Notes under the pieces: generated by a model
Database searches by the model: none
The model's input: the letters and a program-made list of their open reading frames with translations, nothing else
What the model was told of the DNA's origin: nothing
Program-made: the position numbers and the translations under genes
Shown: piece after piece, positions 55,901-62,697 of the stretch
Position numbering within the stretch: the stretch's first letter is position 1
How the letters are laid out: each line of letters opens with the position of its first letter
IMG/VR virus record: IMGVR_UViG_3300044796_000662
Coordinates: 124,001 to 188,000 of that record
Length of the DNA: 64,000 bases
Strand: one strand, 5' to 3'

Positions 55901-56278
55901 GGCCGTACCCCCAAGAGAGAGCACGTTGCGGAGCTGGAGGGCCTGACGAGGCAGGCCAGCGCGGCTCGTGGCAAACCGGAACGCCTTGGCCAGCATCTTC
56001 TTGCGCGTCTCGTTGGGCATGTGCCCGGTCAGAAACGCATGGTACGCGTCGCCGTGCTGCGAGTTGGCCTGCTGAAGAAGCCTCAGGCCCCGCTTGAGAA
56101 CGGGGTCCATGGGGTCGTGAAGACCCGTCTTCTCCTTCAGGAACCGGAAGTACGTGTCATAGGCGAAGACGAAGACCACCCATTCGGCGACTTCGAGATC
56201 TCCCACATCCTCGACCGGATCAGAGTGCCCGGTCGGAACTGGCTCAGCGGCGGTGCGACGGTCGTAGCTCATCACCAT
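52928..56278 (-). CDS. uvrD: UvrD/Rep/PcrA-family SF1A DNA helicase with ~285-aa N-terminal extension
   Basis: LDPEQ (Q), AGAGSGKT (I), SFNRKAA (Ia), LVDEAQD (II), VGDEVQS (III), NYR (IV), TVHSVKG (V), ERQLAYVAMTRA (VI). Confidence 0.95.
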   Translation of the reverse strand: MVMSYDRRTAAEPVPTGHSDPVEDVGDLEVAEWVVFVFAYDTYFRFLKEKTGLHDPMDPVLKRGLRLLQQANSQHGDAYHAFLTGHMPNETRKKMLAKAFRFATSRAGLPRQALQLRNVLSLGGTATIRKVFESARARREVNLVMQASTYDDGASAMGQIATVSIRNARVRAWIDLAAKVAGAGDVQNAVDAAATATLDDTHALTLDNAKRVAGPVLSEEAHVATKDHADRLTVIQKDAQEAAKRALDVSGEADAPPTKSEVIGIATAAAAASKAGAVPESLARLDPEQLDAALTDGRVVIMAGAGSGKTTTVTARAAYLVKDRKVNPARIFVVSFNRKAARELRERIGAQVGDDALKQMNVGTMHGMFRKFVVENGTPEEKAALTTWLMTTPSKKAGDQDQRSGRAPSPGAFGGYMARIWKECRDQDPPGRAKNVVQSWMMNDITPAQAKAMAGTEEEKDQAEWYAWLNGFKGIDKTWSPPCKDTSPKAMKQWGEFLAKWRDNGKARLGDFSDMIIMFRDVLKRDPIVRKRVQAMFDHILVDEAQDLNTVQHQIIAMMSEHIGDGSDGKSVWLVGDEVQSVNRFVGARPELLTQFHGKPGWKTKTIRTNYRCLPEIVDHANQLMTNHPRGVPMEAVPDASKPRGQSSIVVQEPPTHAAGALSVVSQIKQDVDAGAPLEDYAVLTRTNMEQNDFETACIIQGIPYARKGGTSFLRSPETVTVMSYFNLAAGQDFERMQKSLIEVLNKPNRFYLKAGESERIVNEVVEKRARQLGTSSKNVNPLDLFDRPGINAFMDAMDPARRWENWKVRATGEELENLGRALRGMRESVEVGKIYDRLTGENKPYTTQDLFGDILNVKGVPERRDAPAPTLRDVLMPVFGGHEEESDSPPDPDDDPSKKPIGNVVFLFQIAQPDPANLDTDPSDPKKFKARIDKLVAASKDLRIDLDQWDAEQQKLPPNERKAPPCVTLSTVHSVKGAQWNNTSVVMARGVFPYEPRPKPGEELLPPEAQERLAKERAEEFKTERQLAYVAMTRAAKNLTIVCPAKSAYGRDAGPSVFVSEAGLKKGQNVPGKNDPTPEPPDATTVLASFFESDTIDPRTPEDFPAVSAYDRRPS

Positions 56279-56310
56279 CTCTACCCTTACACCCGTCGTT
56301 CAATAGATGG

Positions 56311-56351
56311 AAGCAAACAGCCCCGGAGTCCGACGAGGGACTTCGGGGCTG
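56311..56351 (-). terminator. Rho-independent terminator-like hairpin after sheath gene
   Basis: 14-bp stem CAGCCCCGAAGTCC / GGACTCCGGGGCTG (one mismatch) followed by TTTGCTT on the minus strand. Confidence 0.65.
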
Positions 56352-56372
56352 CCGGCTGGGGTTTCCCTAGCC

Positions 56373-59300
56373 TCAGAGGCTCGCGCGGAGGTTGAACGTC
56401 AGCACGAGGTAGAGGAGGGGGAAGATCGGCTGGTAGTAGGCCGAGAAGTCGAGCGTCGTGGGGTCGTTCGGATCGACCACTGCGCTCACGCCCGTGTACG
56501 CGCCGATGATCTGCGCCTCGATGAGGCCCTTGAGAAGGGCGGTCATCGAAACCGTGACCTCGTTGGTACGCGAGAGCAGGTACTTCGTGCCGACGAACGA
56601 GTCCAGGATGACTCGGCTCTGCTGCTGCACGAAGTCGCTGATCTGCGTCACCGTGGGGAGACGCGTCAGGATCGTGCTCATGTTCGTCGTCAGAGCAGCG
56701 CGGATGCGGATGAGCGGTTGCAGCTCTTCGAGCACCGTGATGCCTGCGACGGCGGTCTGGTTGGCCGTGACAGGGTCGAGCACCCGGGGGATGCTCGTGA
56801 AGCCCTGGAGGCGGCGACGGTCGTAGGGGGTCGCGACGTCCACCGCAGGCGAGCACCCCGCGCCGGCAACTGCCGCCGCGTAGAAGGTACCGTCCACGAT
56901 CGAGTCGTAGCTTGCGCCCGTCTCGTCCGTCAGGGTGATGTCGGAGCTGTCGGGGTAGAACGCGACGATGCGGTTTGAGAGCAAGCTCCGAACGACCGTC
57001 TGAGCGTTCGTCGGCGACGTGCCCGAAGCGAACCCGATGAAGCCCATCCGCTCCGACTGGTTGCGGATGTTGGATTCCACTTCACAGTGCTGCGTCAGGT
57101 AGGCGTAGACTGCCGTGCTGGTCGCGAGCGGGACGAGGATGTCCGGCTTCACGTTGCCAGGCAGCGGGGTCGCGAGGTTCTGGATGGCCGTGATGAAGCT
57201 CGCGTCCGACGCCTGGTTCGTGTTCGGCACCGCGAGCACCTGGCTGATACCCACGAGCACCGCGCCGTTGAGGATGGCGAGGTACGCCGCGAGGCTGACC
57301 CGGTTTTGCGGGGCCACGACGCCGAAGTTGGCGTTGATGGTCGCTTGCTGCTGGAAGAGCCGGACCGTGAAGTCCTGCTTCATGTACTGGTAGGACACGA
57401 AGTAGAAGTCGCCGACTGCCGGAGCGGTGCCGCTCGGGTTGAAGGTCGTGATCGTGCCCGTGTCGTTCGTTCCGACGCCCACGGTGTTGGAGACGGTGGT
57501 CTCCAGACCCGGGATGGCGTAGGTCGGAATGGCCGAGGTCACGTTGAACGTCTGCGAGACGAGCAGCGTGAAGCTTCCGGATCCCCCGTAGCTGCCGATG
57601 GCGGACGGCAGCACCGTGAAGCGCAGGCCCGTCTTCGCATCGACGTACGTCTGACCAGGGTAGCCAGTTCCGCTCGAACCCGAGGAGTTCGAAGACGTGA
57701 CCACGAAGTTGTCGATCGGGTTCTCGCCGTCATCCCCATCCGTGCCCGGCACGAGACCGATGTTGGTGCTCGTGTTGAACGCGGAGTTCGAGGAGGTGAC
57801 GAAGCCGATGCTCGAACCTGCCGCGCCGACCGTCAACGACTCGAACGTGATGTAGTTCAGGCTGTTGATCTGATCGACGTAGGCAATGGCCGCCGACTTG
57901 AAGCCGGAGGTCGCCATGAGTTCGTCCACGATCTCGTAGGCGAAGACCTGGACCTGGCTTGCCGAGGCGTTCTGCGTGAAGCCGAGTGGCGTGTTCGCCG
58001 TTCCCGTGCCGATGATGATCGACGAGTTGGCGTTGTTGGTCGGGCTCGTGAGGCGGAGCTTGCCCGAGTTTGCGAGAGTACCAACCGAGGCGACACCAGA
58101 GAGACCCGGGGTCGTGTTGATCGCGGTCACGATGGCCGACGTAGCGACCGACGTCCCGTTGGGGATGGTGATCGTGTACTGGTTGCCGTTGACCGAGATG
58201 ATGAGCTGGTCGTTGACCCCCAACGTGATGTTGTAGGGGCCTGCGATGCTGCTCAGGAGGGTTGCCGGCTTGTTGATCGCGCCGGTCGTGCCCTTACCCG
58301 TCGAGAAGGTCTGGAACCCGAGGGTCGAGGTGACAGTACCCTGGTTGATCTCGACTGCCGAGGGGCTGTCGAAACCGCCAGGCAGCGCGCCCGGAACCGA
58401 GTAGCTGTAGATGTAGAACAGTACGTCGCCCGTGCTCGGCCCGATCTGGGAGAAGTTGGCGAGGTTGTTCGGTGCCGTTCCGGAGAACGCAGCGTTGAGG
58501 TCGATGACCTCGTTGATCGAGGCCACGATGGCTGCCGGGCTGTAGTAGCCCCCAGCCGCCGAGCCGAAGACCGCCGTGGTCGAGGGGTTGGTCGTACCCG
58601 TGTAAGCCGTCGTGAGCGTGATGTTGCCGCTCGTGACCGCCTGGACCACGTAGTACGTGCCCGCCTGCGAAGCGAACGTGATGACGTTGCCCGGGAAGAC
58701 GAGCCCGACTTGCGAGGTCGAAGTCGTGACCGTGGCGCTTGCCGTCACATCGAAGGTACCCGTGAGGGCTCCCGTGGGCAGCGTGACCGAGAGGGCCGTG
58801 CCGTCGATGGTCAGGTTGAGGACGTTGTTCGGAGCGGCCGGGATCTGGATGAACCCAGAGTCGCCACCCGACTGGACCGGCGTGACGTGCCCGCCGACCA
58901 CGACACCGCGCTCTGCGGCAGCGAGGTTGGTCGTCACGTTGCTGCCGTTGACTTCCGTGACCCACGTCGCCGAGGACGGCGTGAAGATCGAGTACGGCTC
59001 AGCGTTGCGGTTCGTGAAGCTCGCGTTGTTGGCGGCCGCCGTACCGAACGTCACCGTCACGGTCTCGGGGACCGGCGTTCCGGCGCCCGTCATGAAGGCG
59101 TCGGGGATGCTCTGAACGCCACGCGGCCAGATGACCTGTTGGCTGAGACCAGACGTCGTGCCGAACCGGATCTGCCAGGCGTTCTGGTTCTGGTTCGAGT
59201 CGAGGATCTGGTACGTACCCGCCCCGTACGCCCCAGGGGTCGTGCAGGTCAGGATGAACGTGTCATCCGTAATCCGGTTGTACCAGAAGGTGGCCCAAGC

Positions 59301-60872
59301 CTGGAAGTCGGGCGGGACCGGGTTGGCCAGCGTGACGAGACGCTGAAGTCCGTCCACCGCCGTCACCGTGACCGGGCCACGGTTGACTGCATCACGGAAC
59401 GAGCGACCCACGTAGACCTGAACGAGGTCCGGGCGGTTCGTCACGAGGTCTTGGCGCGCGTTCGTGACCGAGTTGAAGAGCGGCAGGCCAAGGGGCGTGT
59501 CGCGGCCGTTGCCGGTCGTCGGGATTTCCGGCAGCGTGAACTGGTTGGTCGAAACCGTCGCCGGGATCGTCGTGGTGTTCACAACGCGCGTGCACGGGGC
59601 CAGCCAGAGCTTGTCGTCCACGAGAAGGGCGCTGACGAGCGTGTTGTCGAACGGCTGCGCACCAGTCGAGGTCGAACCTGCTGCGATGACGAAGCTCGTC
59701 CCCCAGAGGATGACCGAGACCGACTTCGAAGGGTTGGAGACGATGAAGTCCACACCCTGCACGTAGTCGTTGCGGCCTGGCGAGATGCCGCACGCGACCA
59801 CGTTGGTCACGAGGGAGTTCGGCAGGTAGTCGAACGTGTTCTGCCAGGTGTTGGCCGAGTATTGAACCGTGACCGTGGTCCCCGCTGCCGGAGCGTAGGG
59901 GAGCGTCACGACACCGTTCGTACCGTCGAGGCTCGTCGGGATGACCTGGACGTTGTTGACGAGAACGACCACCTTCGAGGTGTCCGTCGTCGTCACGCCG
60001 CCGCCCGTGCCGTCCGTGACCGGGATGTTGAAGACCCGGAACGCCTGGTTGCGGACCGTCTTCGCACCGGCCGAGAAGCCGAGGATGCCGTTGGCCGTGC
60101 CCGAACCGATGATGAGGTTCTGGGTCGTCGTGAACTGCACGTGGTTCAGACCCGCGTTGTCGGTGAAGACCGACGCCACGAGGTTGGTCACCGCGGCTGC
60201 GTTGATCGCAGAAGCGAAACCCGCCGCCGTGTAGCTCTGTGCCCCGAGCGAGATCGTCGAGGTGACGCCGTTGACCGAGACAGCGAACTGGTCGCTCTGG
60301 CCACCGACCACCACGTACGGCTCGAACGCCGGCGCAACGAGGGTTGCGAGGCTGTTGCTCACCTGGGCCGAGACGTCGTCCTTGAAGGACGTGTCGCCAC
60401 GGTGGAAGTAGTAGGTGACGTTGACCTGGTCGGTCGGCTGCGTCGGCACCTGGAGGGTGATGAGACCCTGCGAACCGTTGACCGCTGCGAGAGCAACCGG
60501 CGTCCCGTTGACCGTAACGGTCACAGCGCTCGTGTTGTTCGAGACCGTCCCGGTCCCTTGACCGTTGGTGATCGGGAAGTTCGCCACCTTGAAGGTGACA
60601 AGGGTTCCCGTCTGGAGGCCGAGGATGAGGTTCTGGGGGTTCGTCGCGTTGACGACCCACTCCTCAGTGACGTCCTCGTTGACGATCTGTTCGTCGGCCG
60701 AGCCGGACGAACCGCGCACGATCTCGACGTTGTCGTTCTCCAGCACTTGCTGGCCGACCCCGATAATGACAGGGATCCTTAGACCCGCCGTCAGGTTCGA
60801 GACGTTGGCTTCAGTCAGCGTCCGCGTGTAAACGCCGGGCGGGACGTAGGAAATGAACGGGCCGAGTGCCAT
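56373..60872 (-). CDS. Contractile tail sheath protein, 1499 aa, with many inserted surface domains
   Basis: N-terminal YVPPGVYT, C-terminal ERMGFIG...YAAAVAG...AGITVLE...YYQPIFPLLYLVLTF; GAGGAG RBS. Confidence 0.95.
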   Translation of the reverse strand: MALGPFISYVPPGVYTRTLTEANVSNLTAGLRIPVIIGVGQQVLENDNVEIVRGSSGSADEQIVNEDVTEEWVVNATNPQNLILGLQTGTLVTFKVANFPITNGQGTGTVSNNTSAVTVTVNGTPVALAAVNGSQGLITLQVPTQPTDQVNVTYYFHRGDTSFKDDVSAQVSNSLATLVAPAFEPYVVVGGQSDQFAVSVNGVTSTISLGAQSYTAAGFASAINAAAVTNLVASVFTDNAGLNHVQFTTTQNLIIGSGTANGILGFSAGAKTVRNQAFRVFNIPVTDGTGGGVTTTDTSKVVVLVNNVQVIPTSLDGTNGVVTLPYAPAAGTTVTVQYSANTWQNTFDYLPNSLVTNVVACGISPGRNDYVQGVDFIVSNPSKSVSVILWGTSFVIAAGSTSTGAQPFDNTLVSALLVDDKLWLAPCTRVVNTTTIPATVSTNQFTLPEIPTTGNGRDTPLGLPLFNSVTNARQDLVTNRPDLVQVYVGRSFRDAVNRGPVTVTAVDGLQRLVTLANPVPPDFQAWATFWYNRITDDTFILTCTTPGAYGAGTYQILDSNQNQNAWQIRFGTTSGLSQQVIWPRGVQSIPDAFMTGAGTPVPETVTVTFGTAAANNASFTNRNAEPYSIFTPSSATWVTEVNGSNVTTNLAAAERGVVVGGHVTPVQSGGDSGFIQIPAAPNNVLNLTIDGTALSVTLPTGALTGTFDVTASATVTTSTSQVGLVFPGNVITFASQAGTYYVVQAVTSGNITLTTAYTGTTNPSTTAVFGSAAGGYYSPAAIVASINEVIDLNAAFSGTAPNNLANFSQIGPSTGDVLFYIYSYSVPGALPGGFDSPSAVEINQGTVTSTLGFQTFSTGKGTTGAINKPATLLSSIAGPYNITLGVNDQLIISVNGNQYTITIPNGTSVATSAIVTAINTTPGLSGVASVGTLANSGKLRLTSPTNNANSSIIIGTGTANTPLGFTQNASASQVQVFAYEIVDELMATSGFKSAAIAYVDQINSLNYITFESLTVGAAGSSIGFVTSSNSAFNTSTNIGLVPGTDGDDGENPIDNFVVTSSNSSGSSGTGYPGQTYVDAKTGLRFTVLPSAIGSYGGSGSFTLLVSQTFNVTSAIPTYAIPGLETTVSNTVGVGTNDTGTITTFNPSGTAPAVGDFYFVSYQYMKQDFTVRLFQQQATINANFGVVAPQNRVSLAAYLAILNGAVLVGISQVLAVPNTNQASDASFITAIQNLATPLPGNVKPDILVPLATSTAVYAYLTQHCEVESNIRNQSERMGFIGFASGTSPTNAQTVVRSLLSNRIVAFYPDSSDITLTDETGASYDSIVDGTFYAAAVAGAGCSPAVDVATPYDRRRLQGFTSIPRVLDPVTANQTAVAGITVLEELQPLIRIRAALTTNMSTILTRLPTVTQISDFVQQQSRVILDSFVGTKYLLSRTNEVTVSMTALLKGLIEAQIIGAYTGVSAVVDPNDPTTLDFSAYYQPIFPLLYLVLTFNLRASL

Positions 60873-61024
60873 CCGAGTGTCTCCTCAGCAGAGTGGAGAG
60901 AGGTGCTGCGTTCTCATCCGCATCTGGGTGCGATCTGCCGGAAATCGACAGTGCTTTCGCTTATCTGATTCGGATTCGGATCTCGCCCGTAGGTCGGCGC
61001 TGACGTTCTACGCTGGATAGAGTT

Positions 61025-61037
61025 ACAAGAGAACTAG
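61025..61037 (-). promoter_or_regulatory. Candidate phage promoter CTAGTTCTCTTGT upstream of sheath
   Basis: AT-rich motif at the start of the 161-nt sheath leader; near-identical to 51147..51160. Confidence 0.45.
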
Positions 61038-61480
61038 CGATGCTCGCCGCCGGGTCCCCTCTGTGCCCTGACCGAGTCGATGGCGACCTTGGCGAGATTG
61101 CGCCTCGCTGTACGTCCGCCGTCGCTCATAGGCTCATAATCAATGTAATCGCGGTTGTTGTGGCGGATCAGGGCATGGGTTCCACCCTGTTTACGGGCTT
61201 CGGCCTTGACCTTCTCCCGTTCGTGGATCTCCGCCCAGCGGACTTCCGCATCCCGCCCGACAAGCTTGTCCGCCGTAGGATAGTCGTTGTCGTGGACGCC
61301 CGTGTTCGCCGTAGCGCCCGTCTGGGAGCCCTTGAAGGCGAAAGCCAGTGAGTCCGCGTCCCACACTCGCGGTGCATCGCGCCCGCACGAGGGGCACTCG
61401 TGCGTCAGGTGCTCTGCCATCTTGAGGGTGCGGAGGAACTCGACGTTGCAGTCCTCGCACGCGAACGTGTACATGGGCAT
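61034..61480 (-). CDS. FmdB-family zinc-ribbon protein
   Basis: MPMYTFACEDC...ECPSCG matches MPxYxyxCxxC...CPxCG. Confidence 0.85.
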   Translation of the reverse strand: MPMYTFACEDCNVEFLRTLKMAEHLTHECPSCGRDAPRVWDADSLAFAFKGSQTGATANTGVHDNDYPTADKLVGRDAEVRWAEIHEREKVKAEARKQGGTHALIRHNNRDYIDYEPMSDGGRTARRNLAKVAIDSVRAQRGPGGEHR

Positions 61481-61496
61481 GGGATCCTCATTTGGG

Positions 61497-62690
61497 TCAG
61501 CGGATGCGCTCGAAGTCGTTGTTGCGCCCGTTGAAGATGGGCAAGGAGGGGTAGATCAGGGGGCTTGCGCCGCTGGCGAGGGGGGCGACCTGGTCTGACG
61601 GCGTATTGGGGTCGGCCGGCTGACCGGCTGCGTTTGTCTGCCTGACACGACTGATCGTGAAGGGCATCGGCGCGTGCACTTCCCAGTCCGCGCGCAACTG
61701 GAGCGACAACGAGGCCGAGTACATGTAGATGTCGCCCGTCTCATCCATGGGCTCTTCGCTCTCACCGCCCATGGAGAGGTCCACGATCTCGATGCCCTCG
61801 TTCTCCAGGTACGGCTTCTTGTCCGCCCAGAGGTACATCATCGCGAGGTCGGAGATCTCTTCCATCTGGATCGGGTCTTGAGCCACGGCTTCCAGTTCGA
61901 AGCTGACCTCCCACTTGCCACCGTACGCCCGCGCCACATCCACACGGTCCGGGTAGACCACGACCGCGCACTTGTCCCCAACGCGGGCACGCTTGCCGAA
62001 CGCCATGACCACACCGGGCAGTGTCTTGAAGTCCGAGACGTTCCAAAAGAACGGGATCGGACCAAGGGACGGGACCGAGTAGCGGTACTCCGCCATGACC
62101 CTCGCCCCGGGCTTGAAGCGGGTCTTGAAGACAATCGCTCCGGTCGAGTAGTTGACAACGTAGTCAGTACCCTCCGTGAGCAGCCAGTTGCCGTTCTCGT
62201 AGATCCGGAGCGTGCCCTTCGAAGGAGGGTTCTGAAGCTGACCCTCAGTCTCGATGCCGGTCTGAAAGAAGAGCAGAGGTTCTTGGGGGACCGTGATGAG
62301 GGGGTCAATCGTGTACATGCCAGGCTCGGAGGCGTTCTTGGGCACGGACAAGATCTCGATGTAGTAGACCCCAGGCAGGATCGGCATCTGCTCTTGGTTG
62401 TTCGCGAGGACAGCCTGATCCTCGCGAACCCACTCGATAGGATGCGCGGGCGTACCAAAGTAGAAGAGACCCACGTGGCTCTCGACCGTCCCCATGAAGT
62501 TGTCGCCAGCTAGGGAGATCTTGTTGGCACTCGATCCCTTGACGATGATCCCGTACTGCGGACGCTCGTTGAAGCTGTACTTGTTCTGGATGTACGGAAC
62601 GATCTTGCTGTAGATGGGGTGGCGCGAGAACGAGTCTTTCAACTCGTTGATGATGCGCCGCTTGAGAGCCCCAATGATGTAGTAGTACAC
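61497..62690 (-). CDS. Tail terminator / completion protein (gp15/gpU-like) with inserted Ig-like module
   Basis: Position upstream of sheath; WEVSFELEAVAQD...EEISDLAMMYL...YSASLSLQL beta-alpha-beta pattern. Confidence 0.55.
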   Translation of the reverse strand: MYYYIIGALKRRIINELKDSFSRHPIYSKIVPYIQNKYSFNERPQYGIIVKGSSANKISLAGDNFMGTVESHVGLFYFGTPAHPIEWVREDQAVLANNQEQMPILPGVYYIEILSVPKNASEPGMYTIDPLITVPQEPLLFFQTGIETEGQLQNPPSKGTLRIYENGNWLLTEGTDYVVNYSTGAIVFKTRFKPGARVMAEYRYSVPSLGPIPFFWNVSDFKTLPGVVMAFGKRARVGDKCAVVVYPDRVDVARAYGGKWEVSFELEAVAQDPIQMEEISDLAMMYLWADKKPYLENEGIEIVDLSMGGESEEPMDETGDIYMYSASLSLQLRADWEVHAPMPFTISRVRQTNAAGQPADPNTPSDQVAPLASGASPLIYPSLPIFNGRNNDFERIR

Positions 62691-62697
62691 GTGGGCC

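Noticed and set aside
2169-60782. Many long plus-strand ORFs (e.g. 57087..60782, 43543..46419, 15618..17957, 6019..8214, 18983..21184)
   Set aside because: They lie exactly antisense to well-supported minus-strand genes and are Arg/Val/Asp/Gly-rich with no motifs; this is the expected shadow of strong GC3 bias
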